64,000 bases of DNA from an uncultured virus (IMG/VR IMGVR_UViG_3300028564_000919) (IMGVR_UViG_3300028564_000919), one strand, 5' to 3'. Positions 10,053-19,788 are shown, counted from the first letter of the stretch. The notes: generated by a model not told the origin, from the sequence alone. Numbers and translations: made by a program.

Positions 10053-10460
10053 TTGTCAGAGAAAATAACAGTAAAAGAATTTGAAGAATTTATAGAAACA
10101 TTACAAGATTTTTCTTTGGGTATAATTCAATTTACAACTGAGAACACCCTAAAACCATTATCAGCATATCAAGATTTAACTAATAAGGAGACAATGGGGA
10201 TAGAGTATAGAAATGCTCAAGCATTGTATGAATTATACGCATCACAAGAGAAAAGGGTATTAGCATCATTTGCATATTTGAATGTATTTAGTTTACAAGA
10301 AACTTCATGGTCTAAGGAAGATACATTAAAGAAAGCAGATAAGTTATTAAAGGATTTGAGGTCATTATTAAACTCAGAGATGTTAGCAATTAGGGAAAGA
10401 TTGAGATATTATCAAAACACTCAATATTTAGTAAGTAATTTTAATTATGGGGATTATTAA
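10053..10460 (+). CDS. Hypothetical helical protein
   Basis: RBS aggaggt, TTG start. Confidence 0.6.
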   Translation: MSEKITVKEFEEFIETLQDFSLGIIQFTTENTLKPLSAYQDLTNKETMGIEYRNAQALYELYASQEKRVLASFAYLNVFSLQETSWSKEDTLKKADKLLKDLRSLLNSEMLAIRERLRYYQNTQYLVSNFNYGDY

Positions 10461-10484
10461 GATTTTGGTTATAGGAGGTAAGTA

Positions 10485-10769
10485 ATGGAAAGCCAAGAGA
10501 AGAGAGTAGAAGATGCTATTCAAAGGTATAATAAGTTAAAGGGTGATTTAGAGGCTAAGAAGATTCAACGAGCAAAGCTGGAAGCGATGATAGAAGACGC
10601 AGAAAAGAGAAAAGCAGAATCTGAAAAAAAGTTACTAGATGAGACGGGATTAAAAGATATTTTTGAAGTAGCTAAATTAAGGGATGAGTTATTAGTAAGT
10701 ATAATGGAAGACTTAAGAGAGGTTGAGTCTATAGAAGAAGAATTACAAAGTGAAGTAGAGGAAGGTTAA
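10485..10769 (+). CDS. Small coiled-coil protein, paralog of 3866..4126
   Basis: RBS aggaggt; shared ETGxKD...LRD motif. Confidence 0.7.
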   Translation: MESQEKRVEDAIQRYNKLKGDLEAKKIQRAKLEAMIEDAEKRKAESEKKLLDETGLKDIFEVAKLRDELLVSIMEDLREVESIEEELQSEVEEG

Positions 10770-10867
10770 ATAAATAATATGAAGAAAGTTAAAGGGTATA
10801 ATTTAAGTAATAATTTAAGTAATAAATTAAGTATTATAGTTATGCTCTTTTTTTGTGGGGAATAATT

Positions 10868-11122
10868 ATGAAAGATATAAAAGAAAGAACATACCCAAAA
10901 ATTGATAGTTTATACTTATTTGATAATACAATTAAGAAGTATTTACCTGAAGTATATGCAAACAAATTAGTAGAGTTATTAAAAGACTATCAGTGGTATT
11001 TCACTGAAAAAGTAGATGGCACTAATTTAAGGTTAATTTGGGATGGCTACAATCTAACTTATGGTGGTAGAGAATTTTTTTTTGAAAACACTAGAGACTG
11101 GGAAGCTCAAGGTAGAAATTAG
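10868..11122 (+). pseudogene. N-terminal fragment of an RNA-ligase (Rnl2-like) nucleotidyltransferase
   Basis: YPKI...WYFTEKVDGTNLR...GGR (motif I KxDGxN); ends after a T9 run with no downstream motifs. Confidence 0.7.
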
Positions 11123-11133
11123 GAGTAAGTATA

Positions 11134-12549
11134 ATGTCAAAAATAAATTTTGGTAAAGATAATTATATAAAGCAAGCGCCAGAGAACAATGAGTTTCCAT
11201 TTACATTTGAATTAGAGTTAGTAGAAGACACAGTTATACAAGTTGATTCAGTAATAAAATATACTGCTCAGATGGAATTATTGCCTATATTAAAAGATGA
11301 TTTAATTTCCAAGATTGATTTTAATAGTCAATTTAATAAGTATAGTGAATCATATAATAGTAAAGATTTAAAGTTTGTTTATGAATTTCAGTTGGTTGAA
11401 GATACCAAGATTTTACTAGTAAATTATGTAAGGGTATATGATATAAAGACAAAGTATTCATTTACATTAGTAGAGAGTATAGAGCAATTAAAAGAAATTA
11501 TAAATAAAGCAATAGAGTCAAATAAGATAAGTTTTGATATAGAGTCAACCGGACTTAATCCAGAGAGGGATTCTTTAGTAGGCTATTCATTTGCATATAA
11601 TACTAGTGAAGCATATTATGTAGCAGTAAACCATATAGATAAATATAATAAATATAATTTAGGTAAAGAAGCATTAGATTTAATATATGACGCATTAGTA
11701 AAAGTAGAAAGAGTATATATGTTTAATAGTAGATTTGATATGCGTTTCATGGAATATACGGACTCTAGGTATGATATGGTAAAGATAGCAAATAGTTTAG
11801 TAGATGTTCAAGTAAATTGTTATTTAGCTGATTCTGATTTTAGATATCATGGATTAAAATCCTTAGAAAAATATTATTTAGGTATATATCGTTCGGATTT
11901 TGAAGAGACATTATCTAAGGGTAGTCAATTAAATTGGGCATATATGAACCCAAGAGAAGCTTTATTTTACGCAGCAACAGATGCTTTAACAACATTTATG
12001 TTAGGTGAAGAAACAATGAAATATTTGGATGAAGCTAAATTATCTGGGCAGTTAGACCAAAAGTTATTAGTTCCATTGATGAAGATGGAGAATAGGGGAA
12101 TAAGAGTAGACCATGTCTATTTAATAGAAGAGAAAGAGAAATTAGATGAAGAATTATTTAAATTAAAGGAATATTTAGCAAAGCATTTAGGGGATATTAA
12201 CTTAAATAGTCCCAAGCAGCGTCAGGATTTATTTGAGTCTTTTGGTTTAGATACCGGTGAAAGAACAAAGACAGGAGCAATGAGCACAGGGAGAGAACAA
12301 ATGATTTCAATGGTAGATAAGATGGAAGAGGAAGGAGAAGAGATTCCAGAGTGGTTATTGCATTTAGGTAACTATAGTCGTTTAGAGAAATTAAGTAATA
12401 CATTTTTCGATAATTTATATAATGAGACAATAGATTATGATAATGAGACAGGTGCATATAATATAATAAAGGATAGGGTTAGATTTAATTATAGAAATAC
12501 ACAAACAGCTACAGGTAGATTAAGTAGTGGGAAGGAGATTGAATATTAG
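11134..12549 (+). CDS. polA: Family A DNA polymerase, N-terminal subunit (3'-5' exonuclease and thumb)
   Basis: ExoI FDIESTG, ExoII FNSRFD, ExoIII YAATDA, MENRGI, NLNSPKQ; ends at TATGRLSSGKEIEY-stop. Confidence 0.92.
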   Translation: MSKINFGKDNYIKQAPENNEFPFTFELELVEDTVIQVDSVIKYTAQMELLPILKDDLISKIDFNSQFNKYSESYNSKDLKFVYEFQLVEDTKILLVNYVRVYDIKTKYSFTLVESIEQLKEIINKAIESNKISFDIESTGLNPERDSLVGYSFAYNTSEAYYVAVNHIDKYNKYNLGKEALDLIYDALVKVERVYMFNSRFDMRFMEYTDSRYDMVKIANSLVDVQVNCYLADSDFRYHGLKSLEKYYLGIYRSDFEETLSKGSQLNWAYMNPREALFYAATDALTTFMLGEETMKYLDEAKLSGQLDQKLLVPLMKMENRGIRVDHVYLIEEKEKLDEELFKLKEYLAKHLGDINLNSPKQRQDLFESFGLDTGERTKTGAMSTGREQMISMVDKMEEEGEEIPEWLLHLGNYSRLEKLSNTFFDNLYNETIDYDNETGAYNIIKDRVRFNYRNTQTATGRLSSGKEIEY

Positions 12550-12550
12550 T

Positions 12551-12742
12551 ATGGATGTCGTATTAGATAAAGGTATAGTAGAAACAGTAGAAGAATTAGA
12601 AGAAAATTTAGCAAAATATAGTGACTTAAGGTCACGGGAGTTTATACGTGAATTTAGTGAATCAATTTATGCTGGTGAGAAGTTAGAAGTAATAGAAGAA
12701 TATACAAAAGAGTTAGCAAGACTAAGAAATAGAAAAAACTAA
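12551..12742 (+). CDS. Hypothetical protein inside the polymerase split
   Basis: ATG 1 nt after the pol-N stop. Confidence 0.55.
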   Translation: MDVVLDKGIVETVEELEENLAKYSDLRSREFIREFSESIYAGEKLEVIEEYTKELARLRNRKN

Positions 12743-12791
12743 TAATATTTAAAGTTTAAACTATTAAAAAAGATTTTAAAATGAAGTAATT

Positions 12792-12828
12792 TGAGTTCGC
12801 TAGTTTTAATAAGAACTTATGATATAAT
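12792..12828 (+). promoter_or_regulatory. Phage promoter motif, copy 4, between the two polymerase halves
   Basis: tgagttcgct...tatgatataat. Confidence 0.8.
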
Positions 12829-12872
12829 GAAATCGTAAATAATTAAATTTCATTATAAAGGAGGTAAAAATA

Positions 12873-13430
12873 ATGAAGTATACTAAATTCTATAATAAAG
12901 GTGTTAGGGAAGAAGATTTAAAAGTTTATGAAGAAGTTAAGAAAATAGGACAAAGAAAAGCAATGATAGATTTTGTAAAAAGCTTACCGCAGACTGAGAA
13001 AGTAAAAGTATATTTTCAAGGTTTTGAAAAACTATTTACTAAAAAAGATATTTGGCCGTTTGAGAATGATTTTATAGATGATGATAATAATTATAGGAGA
13101 AAGACAAAAGGTGTTATTATTCGATTTGGTACTCTTGGGGGTTATTTCACTCAAATCCATATTTTTGTAGTAGAAGGTTATACTCCAGTTAGTTCTAATA
13201 AAAAAGAGTATGAAAGAGATTATTATTGTATTAACATATTTGCAGAAGATAAAGATTACGGTTATTTAATTCCAATGAGTAGAGATGGGAATGCAAAACC
13301 AGGTCTTGCAGAAGTGGGAGATAAACAAATTGCAAGTTTAATTAGAACATTAGTAGAAGAAGAAATTAACAAATCAAAAGGGGAAAGAGAAGAGTCTAAA
13401 GAAGAAACTGAAGAAGGGGGTGAGGAATAA
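12873..13430 (+). CDS. Hypothetical protein
   Basis: RBS aaggaggt; no HNH, GIY-YIG or LAGLIDADG motif seen. Confidence 0.65.
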   Translation: MKYTKFYNKGVREEDLKVYEEVKKIGQRKAMIDFVKSLPQTEKVKVYFQGFEKLFTKKDIWPFENDFIDDDNNYRRKTKGVIIRFGTLGGYFTQIHIFVVEGYTPVSSNKKEYERDYYCINIFAEDKDYGYLIPMSRDGNAKPGLAEVGDKQIASLIRTLVEEEINKSKGEREESKEETEEGGEE

Positions 13431-13825
13431 TGGTGAGTAAGAAGTGGTTAGAAGAGTATAGACCTACCGAGTATGGTAAACCAAAAGACTTTGCTTTTAT
13501 AATGTCATTAAAAAATAAAGGACTATGTATATCTTTGATTGATAAGACATGGAGTAGATATTTAATAGAGTATAGTTCAAAAGACATAGAAACTGACAAG
13601 ATGTTAATTAAGGGAGTAATCGTAGTGAATGGCGAAGAAGAGTTTGAAGGGGGTATTAAGAAAGCGTTAAGCGATTTAGAACTAACAGTTTTTATTAAAG
13701 AGGAGTAATAATACGGAATTAAGAGAAGCGTTAAGAGAGATAAAAGAGAAACAAAACGAGTATAATTTTTTAAGCAAAGAGAAGAGTCTAAAGAAGAAAC
13801 AGAAGAAGAAGGTGAGGAATAGTGG
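13384..13825 (+). repeat. 50-bp direct repeat (13384-13433 and 13776-13825) containing an RBS and start codon
   Basis: aaagagaagagtctaaagaagaaac...ggtgaggaata(a/g)tgg, 4 mismatches. Confidence 0.9.
13430..13708 (+). CDS. Hypothetical protein
   Basis: ORF between the two direct-repeat copies. Confidence 0.6.
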   Translation: MVSKKWLEEYRPTEYGKPKDFAFIMSLKNKGLCISLIDKTWSRYLIEYSSKDIETDKMLIKGVIVVNGEEEFEGGIKKALSDLELTVFIKEE

Positions 13826-14841
13826 CAAAGAAGAAAAAGCAAAAAGTGGATGATTTTTTTGCTTCAATGAACATGCAGAATCCTCCAAGGCCAAGGCATA
13901 TAAATTGGTATATAAGAAATGCTGATGAAACTAGTAATCCGAAGTATACAATACTTGGTTATGAATTTACAATGTCGGAAGAAGTTGATAGCTTTGGGGT
14001 AACTGAAGGACCGGACCCTAATTATAATTTTAGGGCATGTCTTTTACCAGAAGAGAATGCATATTGGGTAAGTAGGGACTTTTCCGGTCAGGAGTTAAGA
14101 ATCCTTACAAATTTAGCAAATGAGCCAATATGGATAAACACATTTTTGAGTGGTGGTGATATTCATGGTGAGACAGCAAAGTTATTATGGGGGGAAGAAA
14201 ATTTCTCAGTAGACTTAAGGAAGAGAGCTAAGGCGATTAACTTTGGTATAGTATATGGTATTGGTCCAGTAGGATTATCAAAGAGATTGAATATAACTGG
14301 GGAGGAAGCACAATTATATATAGATAAATATTTTGAGAAGTTGCCAAATATAGAAGCATATTTAAATAATAATGTAAAGATAGCATCAAGAAACATGTCA
14401 TTATCAAATTATTATGGGAGGCCTAGGAGATTTTCAAAGTATAAGAATAATTATGGTTCTGGTATTAGTAGTAGGGGTGAGAATATCGCATATAATTTCC
14501 CAATTCAATCCTTGGGAGCAGATATAACAAAGCTTGCATTGATTAAGGTTTATTATAATATTATTGATAATCCAAAGTATATAGGGAAAGTTTATTTTTT
14601 AAATACAATACATGATGAAATAAATTTATCAGTAGATAAAGATATAGTAGAAGAAGTAGTATATTTGATGGGGCAAGAGATGGAACATAATATTCCGGGA
14701 ACAAAGGTTCCAATTATAAGTGAAATAGCAGTAGGTAATAGTATGGGATTATTATTTGATTTTGAACAAGATTTGGAGACAAAGAAATTAACACCTATAT
14801 ATAAACCTATTGAAAGAAGTATAGAAGATTTACCATTTTAG
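13822..14841 (+). CDS. polA: Family A DNA polymerase, C-terminal subunit (palm and fingers)
   Basis: NMQNPP, motif A RDFSGQELR, DIH, motif B RKRAKAINFGIVYG, NFPIQS, motif C IHDE; own RBS aaggtgagg and GTG start. Confidence 0.92.
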   Translation: MAKKKKQKVDDFFASMNMQNPPRPRHINWYIRNADETSNPKYTILGYEFTMSEEVDSFGVTEGPDPNYNFRACLLPEENAYWVSRDFSGQELRILTNLANEPIWINTFLSGGDIHGETAKLLWGEENFSVDLRKRAKAINFGIVYGIGPVGLSKRLNITGEEAQLYIDKYFEKLPNIEAYLNNNVKIASRNMSLSNYYGRPRRFSKYKNNYGSGISSRGENIAYNFPIQSLGADITKLALIKVYYNIIDNPKYIGKVYFLNTIHDEINLSVDKDIVEEVVYLMGQEMEHNIPGTKVPIISEIAVGNSMGLLFDFEQDLETKKLTPIYKPIERSIEDLPF

Positions 14842-14942
14842 AAGGGGGTATTAAATGGGTTTAATCTGGCAGATTTTATTAACAATTGTATTAGGAATTA
14901 TTATTATTATTATTAAGAATATAGTAGTGGAGGGGGTGGAAG

Positions 14943-15125
14943 ATGAAGAAGTATAAAGTAACATTTATGAAGGCAGAGAAGAAGCCTTATGCATATTATA
15001 CTAAAGTCTCAGAAGTAGTAGAAGCGAATACATTTTATTATGCAAGGTATAAGATTAGAGAGAAGTATAATAATGGGGATTATGTCATTAAGAATATAGG
15101 GGTTGAAGAATATGAAGAAGACTAA
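14943..15125 (+). CDS. Hypothetical protein
   Basis: G-rich RBS, 60 aa. Confidence 0.55.
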   Translation: MKKYKVTFMKAEKKPYAYYTKVSEVVEANTFYYARYKIREKYNNGDYVIKNIGVEEYEED

Positions 15126-15810
15126 AGACTTAAAAGTAGAAGCAATAGGTGATAGTGCAAAATTTTGGGATGGAACGTGGGAGTCAGCTTTAAAAGGTTG
15201 TAAAAAAGAGATTAAGTGGTTAGAAGACCGATTAGGGAGTAATAAAAAATTGACTCAGGTTCAAGTAGATAGTGTAGAAACAAGATTAAAGATTTTATAT
15301 CAGGATAAAAAGACATATGAAGAATTATTAGAGGGAATTTATATGGGGGAGACTAGATTAGAAGATGGTAAAGAATATATTTGTATAAGAGTTGGTTATT
15401 TTAGTAAAGACCAAGCGATGCCAGATGATAAATTAGCACAACCTAAATTTGTTCAAAGTATAAGGGGAGTAGATATAGAAGCTCCATGTTATTTATGTAG
15501 TTCTATGGATTTATATTTAGAAGGAAAGTTAATATTATTCCCAGAGTATAGTAGTAAAGATATTTTGGAGGAAATGTATAAACTTGATACACCTTATTTA
15601 GAGTATTTTTCTTTTACATATAACCCTCTTAATAAGGAGCAGGATATGAAGAGACTAAAGACAATTTATTATGATGGTAAAGATGAATATGGAAAGCCTA
15701 TAATAAAGGATTTAAATTTTAATTTTGCAGGAAATACAAAAATGGGGATAAATAGAAAACATAAAAATTCAATATATTTAGGAGGAAGAAATGCCAAAAG
15801 AAAAGTTTAA
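15103..15810 (+). CDS. Hypothetical protein
   Basis: 235-aa ORF overlapping its neighbours. Confidence 0.6.
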   Translation: MKNMKKTKDLKVEAIGDSAKFWDGTWESALKGCKKEIKWLEDRLGSNKKLTQVQVDSVETRLKILYQDKKTYEELLEGIYMGETRLEDGKEYICIRVGYFSKDQAMPDDKLAQPKFVQSIRGVDIEAPCYLCSSMDLYLEGKLILFPEYSSKDILEEMYKLDTPYLEYFSFTYNPLNKEQDMKRLKTIYYDGKDEYGKPIIKDLNFNFAGNTKMGINRKHKNSIYLGGRNAKRKV

Positions 15811-16132
15811 CATGTATGAAGATATTTATTTTTATGATATCAATAGAGCAGAGTTAATGAAGGGGGAAATTGCCGGATTAACATTAGATGCAGAGGATTC
15901 ATCAGTAATAGCGTATGGAGTAAGTTCAGGTAATTTTATGACATATATAAGTGATGAGCGTTTGATAGCTAGAGAGTTGAATGAAGAGACTAAAGTAAGG
16001 ATGTTAGAAGCTATAGAAGAAGGTAATAGTACTCTTTTTGAAGTTCAATTATCAGCAATTAAAGCATTAGCTGATAAAAGAATAAATAATTTTAATACTG
16101 CATTTGAAAAAGCAATAAATAAAAACAAATAA
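15791..16132 (+). CDS. Hypothetical protein
   Basis: RBS aggagg. Confidence 0.6.
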   Translation: MPKEKFNMYEDIYFYDINRAELMKGEIAGLTLDAEDSSVIAYGVSSGNFMTYISDERLIARELNEETKVRMLEAIEEGNSTLFEVQLSAIKALADKRINNFNTAFEKAINKNK

Positions 16133-16139
16133 AGTAGTC

Positions 16140-16176
16140 TGAGTTTACTAGTTTTTAAAAGAGCTTATGATATAAT
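16140..16176 (+). promoter_or_regulatory. Phage promoter motif, copy 5
   Basis: tgagtttact...tatgatataat. Confidence 0.8.
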
Positions 16177-16212
16177 GTAAGTGTAAAACAAAAGACATTA
16201 AGGAGGTAGTAT

Positions 16213-16602
16213 ATGTCAAAGGTATTAACATTAACAGAGAAAGTAAACTTGATGAAAGTTTATAAAGCTCAAGAGGATGAAGCAAAGAAAGCTTATAATG
16301 AATTAAGGGATGAAGTATTAAGAGAATTAGAGTCTCAAGGATTAACTAAGTATGAAACAGAAGAAGCTGAGTTAATTATTCAATATGTAACTAAGTTTAC
16401 TTATAAAGATGAACCTAAGATGGTTGAGATTTTAAGAAGTAAAGGATTTAATAATTTAGTTAAAGAGAGTGTAAATACAACACCTATGAATAAATTATTA
16501 AAAGCAACTGATAATGGTTTAAGTGAAGAAGAGAAGGTATTAGTAGAAGAGATTAGACCATATACAGTAGAGAGTTTAAGTCCAACAGTGAAGATTAAAT
16601 AA
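16213..16602 (+). CDS. Hypothetical phage protein with an N-terminal coiled coil
   Basis: RBS aaggaggt. Confidence 0.65.
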   Translation: MSKVLTLTEKVNLMKVYKAQEDEAKKAYNELRDEVLRELESQGLTKYETEEAELIIQYVTKFTYKDEPKMVEILRSKGFNNLVKESVNTTPMNKLLKATDNGLSEEEKVLVEEIRPYTVESLSPTVKIK

Positions 16603-16729
16603 ATGTTTTATTGTGGTATGGGAGATTATAAAAGCTTATTTTATGATTCTATTTTATATAATTTTTTAGAGCTTGAAAATTCCATATCTAAGATTTTAGT
16701 TTTAGTTGAAACATGAAAGAGGTTAGTTA

Positions 16730-17818
16730 ATGAAAGTAAAGATTAAAGATTATCAAGTAATAAAAGATATTGATTTAGATTTTGATAAAGGATTGACAGC
16801 TATTGTAGGGACTTCTAATAATGGTAAGTCTTCTATATTGAGAGCTATAGAAGGCGCTATCTTTAATAAAGGTGGTGCTTCTTTTATAAATTATGATGCT
16901 GATTATACAGAGGTTCAAGTAGGAGACATTGTTTGGCATAAAGATAGAGATAGTGGTAAGTCTTTTTATAATATAGGTGGTGTAATATTAAATAAGATAG
17001 GTCAGCAGCAAATAGATGAAGTAGCTGACCATTTGAACATGAAGGAAGTTTTGATTGGTAATGAGAAAGTAAGATTAAATTTCTGGAAGCAAATGGATTA
17101 CCCTTTCTTAGTAGGAAAAACGCCTTTTCAGTTATTTGAGTTTATCTCTAAAAGCAAAGAGCAAGAGTTAGTTAATCAATTAAAAGATGAAGAGTATACA
17201 AAGTCTAAGAAGTTAAAAGAAGATATTTCAAAAGTAACAACAACAATAGATATTAAGAAGAAAGATATAATAAATAAGACCGAGACAATGAGAGCATTAG
17301 AGAAGTATAATGAGATTGATGTTAAAGGTATTGAAGATAATGTAAAGGAATATAATTTTATAATTTCATCATTTGAATTTAGTGATGTAGTTGAAAAAGA
17401 GATTAACGACTTAAATGAATCAAAATCCTCCCTAGATAAAGTAATAAACAATTTGGATATTGTTTTAAATAGTGTTTCTAATAAAGTTAAAAGGTTAGAG
17501 AATATAGAAAGTTTATTAGAGTCTCATAAAGATATAGAAAATAGTTTAGGTGATTTAAAAATTAAAATTAGTGATATTGACTTTAGTAAATTTGAAGAAA
17601 GTTCAAAGAAATTAAATATTCTTATAACACAAATTCAAGAAAAGCAAAGTTCATATAATAGAATAAAAGCTCAAGAAGAATATATAAATAAGTTATCAGT
17701 TGATATTAGTAATACTAAAGATAATTTAGAAAAGACTAATAAAGAGTTAAATTTAGCTGAAGAAGAATTAGGAAAATTTGATATTTGCCCACTATGTGGG
17801 TCTCAAATTGCTCATTAG
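16730..17818 (+). CDS. sbcC: SbcC/Rad50 (gp46-like) N-terminal half: Walker A, coiled coil, zinc hook
   Basis: AIVGTSNNGKSS, Q-loop region FWKQMD, coiled coil; ends CPLCGSQIAH-stop. Confidence 0.88.
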   Translation: MKVKIKDYQVIKDIDLDFDKGLTAIVGTSNNGKSSILRAIEGAIFNKGGASFINYDADYTEVQVGDIVWHKDRDSGKSFYNIGGVILNKIGQQQIDEVADHLNMKEVLIGNEKVRLNFWKQMDYPFLVGKTPFQLFEFISKSKEQELVNQLKDEEYTKSKKLKEDISKVTTTIDIKKKDIINKTETMRALEKYNEIDVKGIEDNVKEYNFIISSFEFSDVVEKEINDLNESKSSLDKVINNLDIVLNSVSNKVKRLENIESLLESHKDIENSLGDLKIKISDIDFSKFEESSKKLNILITQIQEKQSSYNRIKAQEEYINKLSVDISNTKDNLEKTNKELNLAEEELGKFDICPLCGSQIAH

Positions 17819-17894
17819 AGAGTTTTATCTTTTAAACCTATATAAATATATAGATAAAGTTTTTTAATGTAATATAAGTCAAATTTGGAAGCTT
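17801..17894 (+). repeat. Dispersed palindromic element, copy D, overlapping the sbcC-N stop codon
   Basis: caaattg...agagttttatc...cctatataaatatatagataaagtt...agtcaaatttgg; core shared with the reverse complement of copy E. Confidence 0.7.
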
Positions 17895-17917
17895 ATTTAG
17901 AGTATAGGATGTAAATT

Positions 17918-18256
17918 GTGGAGGAAGCCATGGAAAGTAAATTTATCAAGGTAAAAGGTTATAATGGGCATGAAGTTATCATAGAGTCAAAAACTGATAG
18001 CACTTATATGTTAGAGAAATTTATGACTTTGCTTAAAAGGGCTGATGATAAAGAATATTTTGAGTTAATCAAGAATGAATTATTATCAAAAGATTTCCGT
18101 TTAGTTCATGCATTTAATTATTATTTTAGGAAGCAGACACAAGAGAACTTAGAAGATGTTTGTCAGACAATAATTGATACATATTTATTACCATTAAATA
18201 TTTACAAACCAGAATTAAACTTATATAAAGAGATAGGAGTAAATGAATATAAATAA
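17918..18256 (+). CDS. Hypothetical protein (start probably ATG 17930)
   Basis: ggagg precedes the internal ATG. Confidence 0.6.
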   Translation: MEEAMESKFIKVKGYNGHEVIIESKTDSTYMLEKFMTLLKRADDKEYFELIKNELLSKDFRLVHAFNYYFRKQTQENLEDVCQTIIDTYLLPLNIYKPELNLYKEIGVNEYK

Positions 18257-18270
18257 GGAGGGAAGTTAAT

Positions 18271-18819
18271 ATGAGTTTATTAAAAAAACATGATTATTAT
18301 ATTATTTTAAGTGAACTTATCCCAAAGAATAGAGCTGCAGTCATGGCTAAAGAACTTGGGGAAATCTTAAGTAAACTTTATTTTTTATTATGGGATAAAG
18401 AGTTAGATTTAAAAGAGGTTGAAGAGAAGGTTAAAGAAGATGAAGAATTACCCCCAGCACAACCCGGGGGAAAAACACCAACGTCTGAATCATATGGCTA
18501 TTATTCTTATATTACTAAGAAGGGTTATAGTAGTCTAGAAGAATTGAAAGAAGAAGAATTTAATTATTTAAAAGAGGTTGAAGAGAAGGTTAAAGAAGAG
18601 AAAGAGCTTTTAAGGCTTGTTAATAAGTATAATAAGATAAAGAAAGAATTAAGAGAAGCTTTAGAAGCGTTTGGTTATATTAAGAAATGTGTTATAAAAG
18701 AGAACTATTTTGGTTTTGAAACAAAATATCAATTAGTAAGAAGTAGAATTCCAAAATTTGAGGATTCCAATTTAATTATAGAATTATTTAAAAATATATC
18801 TAATTTTGGGGGTTTGTAA
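18271..18819 (+). CDS. Hypothetical protein with an internal 34-bp direct repeat
   Basis: LKEVEEKVKE occurs twice (18407-18440 and 18566-18599). Confidence 0.65.
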   Translation: MSLLKKHDYYIILSELIPKNRAAVMAKELGEILSKLYFLLWDKELDLKEVEEKVKEDEELPPAQPGGKTPTSESYGYYSYITKKGYSSLEELKEEEFNYLKEVEEKVKEEKELLRLVNKYNKIKKELREALEAFGYIKKCVIKENYFGFETKYQLVRSRIPKFEDSNLIIELFKNISNFGGL

Positions 18820-18822
18820 GAG

Positions 18823-19302
18823 ATGAAGAAAGTGACTGAGAATAAGAAGAAAGTTTGTTATTATGATGATGGTTACAAGAGTGTTTTAGAATTTGAAGGG
18901 GAATATTTAGGATATCATATTCTTGTAGTTTTTAGAGCTGGTTATCGTTGTGGTTATGTAGGATTACCAAAAGGTTTTGGGGAAGAAGCAATAAGAGTAT
19001 TAGAACGTAGTTTAGCAAATCTCAAAGTTTACAACGGTATTAGTTATGCAAAAGAAGACTTAGAGGATTGGGGAAAGAAGAAGTATAGTTATTATATAGG
19101 TTTTGATTGTTTTAGTGTAAAAGAGAACGGTGGGGTTGATGTAGATTCCGCTATTAGATATGATTATGGTGAGAAGATGATGCGTTGGGTTTACACTTTA
19201 GAGAAGATAGGTTCTAATATGTTTAAAGACTCTGCGTTTGTTAGAAGTCAATGTTATAGTTTAGTTGAGCAATTAGAAGAGATAAGAAAAGGAGAAGTAT
19301 AG
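18823..19302 (+). CDS. Conserved phage hypothetical protein
   Basis: GYRCGYVGLP...GISY...IGFDC motif seen in many phage small proteins. Confidence 0.65.
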   Translation: MKKVTENKKKVCYYDDGYKSVLEFEGEYLGYHILVVFRAGYRCGYVGLPKGFGEEAIRVLERSLANLKVYNGISYAKEDLEDWGKKKYSYYIGFDCFSVKENGGVDVDSAIRYDYGEKMMRWVYTLEKIGSNMFKDSAFVRSQCYSLVEQLEEIRKGEV

Positions 19303-19727
19303 TGGTAGAAAAGAAGAAAACAGTTTATGAAGAATTAGCAGAAATTAGTGGTGAAGTAGGGGGAACCATGGAAGGTCGTCCAAAGCATACTGGAGATACA
19401 GAAGATATAAATAGATATGATGGACAACCTTTACCTTATACTCCACCAACAATTGATTATCCATTTCAAACATGGATAACAATCCCTAATAGTTTAGAGG
19501 ACATTATGAATAATATGCCTATGAAGATAATAGAAGATTTAGTTGAAGATATCAAGTTAAAACTAAATAGAGTATTATTAGCTATGGAATATACTACAGA
19601 GTATGAAGTAGAAGAATTTGATATTTATAATGATGTGAGACTAGGTATGGTTTCAGTTGAGATTAGGACTAAGTCTGGTAATAGATACACAATTAAAAAG
19701 TCAATTAAAAAGTCAATTAAAGAATAA
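19302..19727 (+). CDS. Hypothetical protein
   Basis: Translationally coupled ORF. Confidence 0.6.
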   Translation: MVEKKKTVYEELAEISGEVGGTMEGRPKHTGDTEDINRYDGQPLPYTPPTIDYPFQTWITIPNSLEDIMNNMPMKIIEDLVEDIKLKLNRVLLAMEYTTEYEVEEFDIYNDVRLGMVSVEIRTKSGNRYTIKKSIKKSIKE

Positions 19728-19734
19728 AATAATT

Positions 19735-19771
19735 TGAGTTCTCTAAGTAATTTAAAAACTTATGATATAAT
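19735..19771 (+). promoter_or_regulatory. Phage promoter motif, copy 6
   Basis: tgagttctct...tatgatataat. Confidence 0.8.
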
Positions 19772-19788
19772 ATAGTTGAGGTAGTTTT

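Noticed and set aside
12550..13821. Group I/II intron or split intein interrupting the polymerase
   Set aside because: The gap is filled with ordinary ORFs and a promoter. It has no recognisable ribozyme core, homing endonuclease or RT, and no intein Cys/His-Asn ends. The downstream half has its own RBS. An Infernal scan is still needed for certainty.
12520..13830. Rejoining of the polymerase halves through the shared tagtgg microhomology (both ends can read SGKE)
   Set aside because: Joining there puts the C-half out of frame and reaches TGA within about 9 codons.
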